NCBI GenBank assembly: GCA_032654565.1
Contig: JAULAX010000018.1
Span: 1-64,000 of the forward strand
Source: Anaeromyxobacteraceae bacterium
GTDB lineage: Bacteria > Myxococcota > Myxococcia > Myxococcales > Anaeromyxobacteraceae
DNA: 64,000 nt
Direction: 5' to 3'
Of this stretch, positions 18,674-27,619 are shown in pieces. The notes beneath the pieces were generated by a model. It was not told the origin of the DNA and did no database searches. It saw only the letters and a program-made list of their open reading frames with translations. The first letter of the stretch is position 1, and the number at the start of each line of letters is the position of its first letter. The position numbers were made by a program, and so were the translations under genes.

Positions 18674-19474
18674 TCATCGAGAGGTGGGGGGAGGGGAGAG
18701 GTCGAGCTCCATGCCGTCGAAGCCGACCTCACAGCTCACGGCGCCCAGGTGGGCGAGCAGCTCCGGACCCAGGTGCGTCAGCACCACGCGCCGGGCCGTC
18801 AGCTCGCCCCAGTGGGACCGGAGCGTCTGGTAGTCGAGGTGGCCCTTGAGCTTCCTGTCGAACGTGAGCGCCTCGACGATGAAGGCGTCGGCGCCGGCCG
18901 ACGCCCGGGGCAGGGCCGGGCACCACTCGGTGTCGCCCGAGCAGCAGAGCGCCCGCCCCGCCACCTCGGCCCGCAGCGCGAAGGAGGTGGCGCCGCTGGC
19001 GTGGCAGGTGGTGAACGGCGTGAAGGTGGCGCCGGCGATCTGGACGGCGGCGCCGTCCTGCCACTCGACGTGCTCGACTTCGAACCGCCGGCGGACCTGG
19101 CTGGACCCCGGGAACAGGACCTCCATGGCCTCCTCGACCCGCTGCTGCGTGCCCGGAGGGCCGGCAACGACCAGCGGGGCCGTTCGCCGCGAGTAGAGCT
19201 GGGCGTCGAGGATGAAGAAGGGCACGCCGCCGAAGTGGTCGCCGTGGAGGTGGGTGAGGAGGATGGCGTGGATCGAGTTGGGGTCGACGCCGGCCCGGCG
19301 CAGCGCGATCAGCGACGAGGCGCCGCAGTCGAGCAGGTAGCCGGCGGGTCCGGCCGCCAACCAGACACAGGCCTGGAGCCGGCCGCCGCTCCCGAAGGCG
19401 TCGCCGCTTCCCAGCAGGGTGACGCGGACCGGGACCTGGACGGCAGGGGGGGACACGTTCTCGCCTGGCTTCAC
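18674..19474 (-). CDS. MBL-fold metallo-hydrolase (RNase Z/AtsA-like)
   Basis: LGSGDAFGSGGR, LDCG, THLHGDH, SGDT, HL, LTHL. Confidence 0.92.
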   Translation of the reverse strand: MKPGENVSPPAVQVPVRVTLLGSGDAFGSGGRLQACVWLAAGPAGYLLDCGASSLIALRRAGVDPNSIHAILLTHLHGDHFGGVPFFILDAQLYSRRTAPLVVAGPPGTQQRVEEAMEVLFPGSSQVRRRFEVEHVEWQDGAAVQIAGATFTPFTTCHASGATSFALRAEVAGRALCCSGDTEWCPALPRASAGADAFIVEALTFDRKLKGHLDYQTLRSHWGELTARRVVLTHLGPELLAHLGAVSCEVGFDGMELDLSPPPTSR

Positions 19475-19530
19475 GGATGGTCCTCCCGTTCCTGGAGCGC
19501 CGCCATGGTAGGCCGCCCCGGCCTGCCAGG

Positions 19531-19565
19531 ACAGGCACAGCGGCCAGGCTTCATGACCGGTACAG
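19531..19565 (-). promoter_or_regulatory. CTGT-N21-CTGTGCCTGT box (MocR-type candidate) upstream of the MBL hydrolase
   Basis: ACAGGCACAG-N21-ACAG on +, identical core to 1425-1459, followed by TACCAT on the minus strand. Confidence 0.6.
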
Positions 19566-19639
19566 CTCGAAGGCTGGCGCACTCCGGTACCGCGCAGTCC
19601 GTGGCGCGGGTCACTCGTGACGGAACCTGGACTGAAAGT

Positions 19640-19789
19640 GGGAAGACCGGGCCCTTGCACGGACGCCGCGCCCGAACCGCGCTCGCGCAAGTGACCCTGG
19701 TCGTTCCCTCGGGCTAAGGCATGACCCCGGAGTTGCGGCCCGCAGCGAAGCACCTCGGTTCACACCTGCGATGGAGCCACCTGAAGATG
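19640..19789 (+). repeat. Diverged promoter/leader repeat copy 1 (copy 2 at 20815-20953)
   Basis: Shared blocks CCTTGC, GCAAG, CGGGCTAAGGCATGA, GCGGCCCGC, CGATGGAGCCACC..ATG. Confidence 0.8.
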
Positions 19790-20728
19790 AAGAAGAGCCC
19801 AAGTCACGTCGCCGTCCTCGGCGATCTCAACCTGGACACCACCGTGCAGATCGCCGCCTTTCCTGTCGACGTCGGCGACACCATGTTCGCGGCAGATGGC
19901 GTCGTCGACCTGGTCGGCGGTGCCGCCGCCAATGTGGCCTGTGGCCTGCGGGCGCTCGGGGACCAGGTCACATTCGCCTCCGTGATCGGCACCGACCGGA
20001 TCGGCGACCTGGTGCTGGAACGGCTCGGTCAGCTCGGCGTCGAGGTGCGTCACGTGCGTCGCGACTGGCCGATCACCTCGCGGACGGTGGTGCTGGTGGA
20101 CGGCGAGGGCCGGCGCCGCTGCATCAACGACCCCAAGCAGGTGCACGACTACCGCTTCCCCGACGAGGGCCTGCTCGGGACGCTCGGCTGCGCCAGGTGG
20201 GTGGTCCTCTCCACCCAGGCCTGGTGCCGGCCGGTGGCGCGCTTCGCGCGGGAGTACGGGTGCCGGGTGGTGGTGGACCTCCAGGCCATCACCGGGGACG
20301 ACGAGTACCATCGCGAGTTCCTCCGCCACGCACATGTCGTGGTCTTCAGCACCGAGCGGCTGGGGATGCACTCGCACGACTTCTTCAGGAAGCTCTGGCG
20401 CGAGTACCCGGTGGAGGTGGCGGTGGCCACCCACGGGAGCGGCGGCGCCACCCTGGGGCTGCGCGCTGGAGCGGAGATCGAGTTCGAGCCGGCCTTCGAC
20501 GTGCGAGCGGTGGTCGACCGGACCGGCGCCGGCGACGCCTTCACGGCCGGCTTCGTAGACGCCATGGTGAGAGGCCGCTCGCCCCGCGAGGCGCTGACCC
20601 GGGGCCAGCTGGCGGCGGCCCACAAGATCGGGGAGCGGGGGTCGAGCCGGGGCTTCCCGACGGCGGCCCGCCTGGAGGAGCTGTTCCAGCGCTTCGGGGA
20701 GCTGCCCGGGCAGGCCAGAGGCGCCTGA
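19787..20728 (+). CDS. PfkB/ribokinase-family carbohydrate kinase
   Basis: GGAAANVA..L..LG; VDRTGAGDAFTAGF. Confidence 0.92.
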   Translation: MKKSPSHVAVLGDLNLDTTVQIAAFPVDVGDTMFAADGVVDLVGGAAANVACGLRALGDQVTFASVIGTDRIGDLVLERLGQLGVEVRHVRRDWPITSRTVVLVDGEGRRRCINDPKQVHDYRFPDEGLLGTLGCARWVVLSTQAWCRPVARFAREYGCRVVVDLQAITGDDEYHREFLRHAHVVVFSTERLGMHSHDFFRKLWREYPVEVAVATHGSGGATLGLRAGAEIEFEPAFDVRAVVDRTGAGDAFTAGFVDAMVRGRSPREALTRGQLAAAHKIGERGSSRGFPTAARLEELFQRFGELPGQARGA

Positions 20729-20814
20729 GCCACTCGCGCAGGACTCCCGGGTGAACGTCGCTCCCACCGGCGCCCGGTCCCCGCTGGCAATCCCTGCCGT
20801 GGCTCGCTTCGCCC

Positions 20815-20953
20815 GGGAAGGGTACCTTGCGGAGATGCCGCACCGCGCTGGCGCTGGTGCAAGGGGTCCTGGAGTCCGGCCGGGCTAAGGCATGATCTGG
20901 AGCAGCGGCCCGCCGCGAGGCGCTGCCTCGTTCTCCGATGGAGCCACCAGATG
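20815..20953 (+). repeat. Diverged promoter/leader repeat copy 2
   Basis: See 19640-19789. Confidence 0.8.
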
Positions 20954-22138
20954 ACCACAGCGATGCCACACACCTTCCTATGCACAGGGCACGCGCCCAG
21001 GCTGACGGACGTCATCAGGGCCGAGAACTGCCGGCTCTGGACCTCGGAGGGCCGGCGCTACCTCGACTTCGAGTCCGGGGTCTGGGTGACCTCGCTGGGG
21101 CACGGGCATGCGGCGGTGACCGCCGCGATCGAGGCGCAGCTCCGCGAGCTGGTGCACACCGGTTACTGCTACTACCACCCCGTCGTGGATCGCGCCGCGG
21201 CGAAGGTGCTGCAAGTCACAGGACTCGAGGGCGGGAAGGCCATCTTCCTGAACTCGGGCAGCGAGGCGGTGGAGTTCGCCCTGGCCATCGCCGCCGAGGC
21301 GACGGGCCGGCGCAGGTTCGTCACCCTGGCCGGGTGTTACCTCGGGGCCTACGGCAGGGCCTCGAGGACCACGGCCGGCCAGTGGATCGAGGTGGACTGG
21401 GAAGGTGGCCAGGGGCTCGGGGAGCTGCCCCTGCACGAGGTGGCCGCCTTCGTGCTCGAGCCGGGGAGCTCGGGCGGGCACGTCAAGTTCCCCCCGCGCG
21501 AACTGGTCGAGACGCTGGCGCGGCGGGTCCGCCAGGCGGGCGGGCTGGTCATCGCCAACGAGGTCACCACCGGCATGGGCCGCACCGGCGAGTGGTTCGG
21601 GTTCAACCACTACGGGCTGCGGCCCGATCTGGTGGCGCTCGGGAAGGGGCTTGGATCTGGCTACCCGGTGAGCGCGGTGGCCATCGGGGAGGTCTGGCGC
21701 CGCGTCGACCTGGGTCACTTCCACTACGCCCAGTCCCACCAGAACGACGCCCTCGGCGCGGCGGTGGCCCTGGCGGTCATCGAGGAGATGAAGCGGAGCC
21801 GGCTCGTCGAGAAGGCGCGGGCGGACGGCGCCCGACTCCTCGCAGGCCTGGAGGCGATCAGGGCGAGGCATCCGCTCATCCGCGAGGTCCGTGGCCGGGG
21901 GCTCATGCTGGCGGTCGAGCTCGTGCCTGCGGACGGTCCGTCCCGGGCGCTGCGGGTCGCGGAGGCCCTCTTCGAGCGCGGCATCATCGTGGTCCGCAGG
22001 CCCGGCCTCGAGCTCCTCAGGCTCGACCCGGCCCTCACTGTCGCCCGGGAGGATCTCGACGAGTTCCTCTCTACGTTCGAGGCGGTCATGGGCGGGATCG
22101 ATTCGCCGAGTTCAGTGGTGAATCAGGGCCTGGCGTGA
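20951..22138 (+). CDS. Class III PLP-dependent aminotransferase
   Basis: GRRYLDF, LGHGH, NSGSEAVE, NEVTTGMGRTG, PDLVALGKGL, EVRGRGLM. Confidence 0.92.
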   Translation: MTTAMPHTFLCTGHAPRLTDVIRAENCRLWTSEGRRYLDFESGVWVTSLGHGHAAVTAAIEAQLRELVHTGYCYYHPVVDRAAAKVLQVTGLEGGKAIFLNSGSEAVEFALAIAAEATGRRRFVTLAGCYLGAYGRASRTTAGQWIEVDWEGGQGLGELPLHEVAAFVLEPGSSGGHVKFPPRELVETLARRVRQAGGLVIANEVTTGMGRTGEWFGFNHYGLRPDLVALGKGLGSGYPVSAVAIGEVWRRVDLGHFHYAQSHQNDALGAAVALAVIEEMKRSRLVEKARADGARLLAGLEAIRARHPLIREVRGRGLMLAVELVPADGPSRALRVAEALFERGIIVVRRPGLELLRLDPALTVAREDLDEFLSTFEAVMGGIDSPSSVVNQGLA

Positions 22139-22244
22139 AGGCATCGGCAACCGACCGGGCTCCCGGCCACCGGAGCATCCGCCTCGACCGAGGCAGCCTG
22201 GCGCGGGTCACGGGCGTCGTCCCAGACGGGGTCGGTCACTCCAG

Positions 22245-22862
22245 ATGATTGTCGAGCTGCTCTTCCCGAACTGGTCCTACCAGCGGGCGCTGCTGCGTGC
22301 GCTGGGCGAGGCCGGGGTCGCCTCGGGCCAGGCGGGGATCCTGCGGGAGCTCTGGACCGGCTACCGGGGCATCCGCCGCGACGTCCCCAGGAGGTACCCG
22401 CTCCAGACCCGGCTGCTCCTGGCCCTGGCGGCGCGCAACGTGGCGCTGGATCGGGTCATGACGGCACGCGGCGCGGATCGGCCGCTCATCGACGGCCTGC
22501 TCGGCGCCGTCAATCGCCGCCTGGCGGGGAGCCTGGGCGCTCCGCTCCGGGCCCTCTCCAGGCTGGCCGGCCGGAGCGGGGCGGCGCGCCTGCGGTTCAT
22601 CGACGGGCTGCTCTACCGGGTGCTCTTCGTCGCTCCGTTCCGCCGCACCGTGCTGTCGCCGGCGCCAGGGCTGTCCTTCGACATCACCGCCTGCCCGCTG
22701 GCCCGGTTCTACCTGGACCACGACGCGGCGCACGTCTGCCGCGTGGCGGCCTGCGAGCTCGACCACGACCTGGCTCGCACCTGGAAGGTCGGCTTCAAGC
22801 GGACCACCACCATCGCCGGGGGCGGCGACCGCTGCGACTTCAGGTTCGTCGCCGCCGAGTGA
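22245..22862 (+). CDS. L-2-amino-thiazoline-4-carboxylate hydrolase-like (ATC hydrolase family) protein
   Basis: FDITACP..CRVAACELD..RTTTIAGGGDRCDFRF C-terminal pattern. Confidence 0.75.
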   Translation: MIVELLFPNWSYQRALLRALGEAGVASGQAGILRELWTGYRGIRRDVPRRYPLQTRLLLALAARNVALDRVMTARGADRPLIDGLLGAVNRRLAGSLGAPLRALSRLAGRSGAARLRFIDGLLYRVLFVAPFRRTVLSPAPGLSFDITACPLARFYLDHDAAHVCRVAACELDHDLARTWKVGFKRTTTIAGGGDRCDFRFVAAE

Positions 22863-22904
22863 CCGCGATGGGCCGCCGGAGCCGGAGGTCCACTCCAGCT
22901 CCTC

Positions 22905-22956
22905 GCCGCTCGTCGCCACCGGCGACCGTCCGTCGGCGCCGGCGGCGCTCCGTCGC
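22905..22956 (+). promoter_or_regulatory. Three phased direct repeats, candidate LytTR binding sites
   Basis: CCGCTCGTCG, CCGTCCGTCG, CGCTCCGTCG with CGTCG at 22911, 22931, 22951. Confidence 0.6.
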
Positions 22957-23016
22957 ACCGGCCCCACCGGCAGGCCGGTGAGACCGTAGGTTCCGGGCGT
23001 GCCCAAGGAGGCCGCC

Positions 23017-23673
23017 ATGAACCGAACCCACCGCCGCTTCGCCGCCGCCACCCTCACCATCCTCTCCCTGCTGGCCGCCGCGCCGGACGCCGGCGCCGAC
23101 CCGACGCCGTTCCTCGCCGCCCAGGCCGAGTTCCAGCGCGGCCTCGGCGGCGACGGCGGCGCCAGCCAGCGCGCCAACGCCCAGTTCCTGAAGCTGGTCG
23201 AGGCCGACCCGGCCAACCCGCTCTACCTCGCCTACCTGGGCAGCACCTTCGCGCTGCTGGGGCGCGACGCCTGGGCGCCCTGGACCAAGATGCGCCAGAC
23301 CGAGAAGGGGCTGGGGCTCCTCGACAAGGCCCTGGCGCTGCTGACGCCGGCCCACGACCAGCAGGCCGTCCGTGGCGTACCGATGTCGGAGGAGGTGCGC
23401 CTCAGCGCCGCCTCCACCTTCCTGGCCGTCCCGGGTTTCATGAACCGGACCACGGCGGGGCGGCTGGCCATCGCCGACGCCCTGAGGAGCCCGGCCTTCG
23501 CCGCCACGCCCGGCCCGGTCCGGGCCCAGCTGCTGCTGCAGGCCGCCCTCCTGGCCCAGAAGGACAAGAAGCCCAGCGACGAGGCCGAGGCCCTCAAGCA
23601 GGCCCTGGCGGCCTGGCCGGAGGGCCCCACCGCCAGCAAGGCCCGCGCCCGCCTGGCGGAGCTGGGCCAGTGA
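23017..23673 (+). CDS. Exported helical (TPR-like) hypothetical protein
   Basis: AAGGAGG RBS, signal peptide, helical content; first gene of the ABC/LolA-like operon. Confidence 0.75.
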   Translation: MNRTHRRFAAATLTILSLLAAAPDAGADPTPFLAAQAEFQRGLGGDGGASQRANAQFLKLVEADPANPLYLAYLGSTFALLGRDAWAPWTKMRQTEKGLGLLDKALALLTPAHDQQAVRGVPMSEEVRLSAASTFLAVPGFMNRTTAGRLAIADALRSPAFAATPGPVRAQLLLQAALLAQKDKKPSDEAEALKQALAAWPEGPTASKARARLAELGQ

Positions 23674-24356
23674 TCGCCGCGGGCGCCGCGCCGCTCCTCC
23701 AGCTCCGCGGCATCGCCAGGACCTACGGCCAGGGCGAGACCGCGGTGCAGGCGCTCCGCGGAGTGGACCTGGATGTCGCGGCCGGCGACTTCGTCGCCCT
23801 GACCGGGCCGTCGGGGAGCGGCAAGAGCACGCTGCTCCACCTCTGCGGCCTCATCGACAGCCCCGACCGCGGCGAGCTGCGGCTGGAGGGGCTGGAGACC
23901 GGCGCCCTGTCGGTGCAGGAGCTGACGCTGCTGCGACGCCAGAAGCTCGGCTTCGTCTTCCAGGGGTTCAACCTGGTGCCGGTGCTGACCGCCCGGGAGA
24001 ATGTCGAGTACCCGCTGCTGCTGGCCGGCGTGCCGCCGCGCCAGCGCGCCGACCGCACCGCGCGGATGCTGGAGCGGGTGGGGCTGCGGCAGCAGGCCGA
24101 CCGCAGGCCCGACCAGCTCTCCGGGGGGCAGCGGCAGCGGGTGGCCATCGCCCGGGCCCTGGTCACCGGCCCGCGGCTGGTGCTGGCCGACGAGCCGACC
24201 GCCAACCTGGACGGCGCCACCGCCACCCAGGTCATCGACCTGATGCACGAGCTGGGGCGCGACCATTGCGCCACCTTCATCGTCGCCACCCACGACGCCC
24301 GCATGACCTCGCGCTGCGACCGGGTGGTGGCCCTCACCGACGGGGTCCTGTCATGA
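23670..24356 (+). CDS. ABC transporter ATP-binding protein (LolD/MacB-like)
   Basis: GPSGSGKST, LSGGQRQR, LADEPT, ATHD. Confidence 0.95.
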   Translation: MIAAGAAPLLQLRGIARTYGQGETAVQALRGVDLDVAAGDFVALTGPSGSGKSTLLHLCGLIDSPDRGELRLEGLETGALSVQELTLLRRQKLGFVFQGFNLVPVLTARENVEYPLLLAGVPPRQRADRTARMLERVGLRQQADRRPDQLSGGQRQRVAIARALVTGPRLVLADEPTANLDGATATQVIDLMHELGRDHCATFIVATHDARMTSRCDRVVALTDGVLS

Positions 24357-25573
24357 AGTGGCTCCTCTTCGCCGTGAAGAACGTGCTGCGCAACCGCCGG
24401 CGCTCGGCCGTCACCGTGCTGATCGCCGCGGTGGGGACCGCCGCCATCCTGGTGGGGGGCGGCTTCGCCCAGTTCACCTACGAGTCGCTGAAGGAGATGG
24501 CGGCCCGGGAGAGCGGCCACCTGGTGGTGGCCCACCTGGATCACTTCGACAAGGACGAGGAGGCGCCCCTGCAGCTTGGCCTGGCCGGCCACCAGACCCT
24601 GCGGACCCGGCTGATGGCCGACCCGCAGGTCCGCGCCGTCCTGCCCCGGCTCCAGCTCTCCGGCCTTATCAGCAACGGTGACACCTCGGCGATCTTCGTC
24701 GGCTCGGGCGTGGACGCCGGCGGCGAGTTCGCGGTGCGCGGCCCGTTCCTCTCGGTCACCGCCGGTGACGTCCTCGACCCGCGCCCCGGGGCCGGCGACG
24801 TCCCCGAGATCATGCTGGGCAAGGACCTGGCCCGCTCGCTCCACGCCGGGCCGGGCAGCTCGCTGACGCTGATGGCCACCACCACCGAGGGGAGCCTCAA
24901 CGCCGTGGACGTGCGGGTAAAGGGGATCTTCTCGGTGGGCGTCCCCGACATCGACAAGCGCATCATCATGGTCCACCTCGGCACCGCCCAGCGGTTGCTG
25001 CTCACCGACAAGGTGAGCACCCTCTCGGTCTACCTGCACGAGACCGCCGCCACCGACGCCATGCGGGACCGGCTGCGCCAGGCCCTGCCCGACCAGGCCA
25101 TCCGCACCTGGCTCGACGAGGCCTTCTTCTACCAGGCGGTCCGCCAGCTCTACGACCGCATCTTCGGCCTGCTGGGCTTGGTGCTGGTGGCCATGGTGCT
25201 CTTCGCCGTCTCCAACACCCTGGGCATGGCGGTGCTGGAGCGGACCCGGGAGATCGGCACCCTGCGGGCCATGGGCACGCTGCCCGGCCAGGTGGTCCGC
25301 AACTTCGCGCTGGAGGGGCTGGTCATCGGGGTGGCCGGCGCCCTGCTGGGCATGCTGGTGGCGGCGGCCACCTCGCTGGGGCTCGACGCCGCCGGCCTGC
25401 AGATGCCGCCGCCCCCGGGCCGCTCGGTCGGCTACCCGCTGCACGTCGACCTCCCGCCGGTCCTCTTCGCCGTCACCGCCGCCGTCATCGTCCTCTCCGC
25501 CGTGGCCGCCGCCTGGGTGGTGAGCCGGAAGGCGGCCCGCACCTCGATCGTGGAGGCGCTCGCCCATGTCTAG
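24353..25573 (+). CDS. ABC transporter permease (FtsX/LolE-like)
   Basis: KNVLRNRRRS; ERTREIGTLRAMG; 4 TM. Confidence 0.93.
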   Translation: MKWLLFAVKNVLRNRRRSAVTVLIAAVGTAAILVGGGFAQFTYESLKEMAARESGHLVVAHLDHFDKDEEAPLQLGLAGHQTLRTRLMADPQVRAVLPRLQLSGLISNGDTSAIFVGSGVDAGGEFAVRGPFLSVTAGDVLDPRPGAGDVPEIMLGKDLARSLHAGPGSSLTLMATTTEGSLNAVDVRVKGIFSVGVPDIDKRIIMVHLGTAQRLLLTDKVSTLSVYLHETAATDAMRDRLRQALPDQAIRTWLDEAFFYQAVRQLYDRIFGLLGLVLVAMVLFAVSNTLGMAVLERTREIGTLRAMGTLPGQVVRNFALEGLVIGVAGALLGMLVAAATSLGLDAAGLQMPPPPGRSVGYPLHVDLPPVLFAVTAAVIVLSAVAAAWVVSRKAARTSIVEALAHV

Positions 25574-26315
25574 GAACCTGGCCGTCCTTTCGCTCCTCGC
25601 CCTCGCCCTGGTCGGCGCCACTCCGACCCCGGCGCGTGCCACCGACGTGGACGCCCTGCTCCGCAGGGCCGACGCCTACCGGCTGGCCGAGGGGGCCATG
25701 CAGGTCGACACCCAGCTTTCGACCTTCAAGGCCGGCGCGCTCGACAAGGAGCGCCGCTACCTGGTCTGGATCCGGCCGGGCCGGCGCTCGCTGGTGCTCT
25801 CCCGATCGCCGGTGGAGAAGGGGCAGAAGATCCTCATGCTGGAGGACGACTTCTGGATGGTGCTGCCCTCCTCGCAGCGCCCCGTCCGCATCACGCCGGC
25901 GCAGAAGCTGCTCGGCGACGCCGCGGCCGGCGACGTGGCCACCATGGCCTGGGCCGACGACTACCAGGGGACCGTGGCCGGCGAGGTCGAGGCGGGGGGC
26001 GTGCCGTGCCTGCGGCTCGACCTCCGGGCCCGACGCAAGGGGGTCACCTACCAGCGGGTCGAGCTCTGGCTGACCCGGGCCGACGCCCGGCCGGTGCAGG
26101 CCGACCTCTACGTGGCCTCCGACAAGCTGGCCAAGCGGGCCACCTTCGCGCTGGAGCAGGTCGATGGCCGGCTGCAGGTCTCCGCCATGACCCTGGTGGA
26201 CCAGATCCAGACCAGCCGCTCGACGGTGATCCGCTACCTGGCCCGCCGGCCGCGGGCGCTGCCGGACGAGTTCTTCAATCCCATGTTCCTCACCCGCAAC
26301 GAGCCGAGGGACTGA
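25566..26315 (+). CDS. Outer-membrane lipoprotein-sorting (LolA-like) protein
   Basis: Signal peptide; GQKILM..FWM..RPVRITPAQKLLG; operon context. Confidence 0.8.
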   Translation: MSRNLAVLSLLALALVGATPTPARATDVDALLRRADAYRLAEGAMQVDTQLSTFKAGALDKERRYLVWIRPGRRSLVLSRSPVEKGQKILMLEDDFWMVLPSSQRPVRITPAQKLLGDAAAGDVATMAWADDYQGTVAGEVEAGGVPCLRLDLRARRKGVTYQRVELWLTRADARPVQADLYVASDKLAKRATFALEQVDGRLQVSAMTLVDQIQTSRSTVIRYLARRPRALPDEFFNPMFLTRNEPRD

Positions 26316-26318
26316 GCC

Positions 26319-27551
26319 GTGAACCGCGCCCTCGCCCTGGCCCTCCTGCTGGCCGCGCCGACCCGGGCGCTCGAGCCGTCGTCCCTCGACCTCCAGCTCC
26401 ACATCCGGGCCGCGCCCGAGTGGAGCTGGGTGAACCGTGACAGCCCCTTCGGTCCGGCCGCCGCGCTCACCGGCCTGGGCGCCGAGCGCGGCCGGGGCGA
26501 GGTGGCGCTGCGCCTCCGGCTGGAGGGGCTGACTGCCGACGTCGCCGCCCACCTGATCGCCAGCGAGGGCTCGCGGCCGGCGAGCGAGGGGGTGCTGAAC
26601 GAGCTGTTCTTCGAGGCGGCGCCCCTGGGGCAGCACCTCACCGTGGGGAAGAAGGTGCTCTCCTGGGACGTCGGCTACGGCTTCCGGCCGCTCGACGTGG
26701 TCCAGCAGGAGGACCGCCGCGCCTTCCTGCCCTTCGTGCTGGAGGGGGTGCCGTTGCTGGCGCTGGAGCGGTTCGGCGAAGACTCGGCCACGGCGCTGGT
26801 CTACGCCAACCCGCTGCGCGGGACCGCGCCGCGATCCCGCGACGACGAGGCGCTGGCGCTGCGCCACTACCGGCGGCTGGGAGGGCTCGACCTCCACCTG
26901 GTGGGGCGCTGGAGCAAGCGCAGCCTGGGGCAGGGTGGCCTGGCCGCCGCCTGGGTCCCGGCGGAGGCGCTGGAGCTCCACGGCTCGGCCCTCTACCAGC
27001 GGCGGCTGGAGCGGTCCGACGACGCACGGCTCGAGCCGGGCGCGGCACCCATCGCCACGGCCGATCCGGCCCGGGTGCGGGCGTCGGCCGACGCCATCTC
27101 CGCCCTGGCCGGCCTCACGCTCACGCCCGGCTGGGACCTGTCGTTCCTGGCGGAAGGCTGGATCGATCCGGCCGCGGCCACCGCCGCTGACTGGCGGGCC
27201 CGGGCCGGGCTGGCTCGGGCCCAGGGGGCGCTGCTGGCCGGTTCGGCGGTTCCACGACAGGCGGTGCTGGCCAACCTGGCCTGGGGCGCCCGAGCCTTCG
27301 AGGGGCGAAACCTGGTCCGGGAGAACCTGCTGCTGCGGGCCTCGCAGCGCTGGGACCGGTTCGAGCCGGCGCTCGATCTGCTCTGGACGCCGGCCGACGG
27401 CGGCCTGGTGGCCACAGCTTCGGTGGGCTGGGAGGGGGAGCGCTCGCGCCTGAGCGCCGCCGTGCGCGCCTACGGCGGGGCGCGCGACGCTGCCGTCCGG
27501 CTCCTCCCCGTGGGTGGCGCGGTGACCGGCTCCTGGGAGCTGCGCTGGTGA
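26319..27551 (+). CDS. Putative outer-membrane beta-barrel protein
   Basis: Signal peptide; LTVGKKVLSWDVGYGFRPLDV; amphipathic strands; terminal W. Confidence 0.7.
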   Translation: MNRALALALLLAAPTRALEPSSLDLQLHIRAAPEWSWVNRDSPFGPAAALTGLGAERGRGEVALRLRLEGLTADVAAHLIASEGSRPASEGVLNELFFEAAPLGQHLTVGKKVLSWDVGYGFRPLDVVQQEDRRAFLPFVLEGVPLLALERFGEDSATALVYANPLRGTAPRSRDDEALALRHYRRLGGLDLHLVGRWSKRSLGQGGLAAAWVPAEALELHGSALYQRRLERSDDARLEPGAAPIATADPARVRASADAISALAGLTLTPGWDLSFLAEGWIDPAAATAADWRARAGLARAQGALLAGSAVPRQAVLANLAWGARAFEGRNLVRENLLLRASQRWDRFEPALDLLWTPADGGLVATASVGWEGERSRLSAAVRAYGGARDAAVRLLPVGGAVTGSWELRW

Positions 27552-27619
27552 CCGGTGCCGCGCCACGCCGGACGCGGTCCCTCGTTGCATCGGGCGCCGT
27601 TCGGGTGAACGATGGCCAG

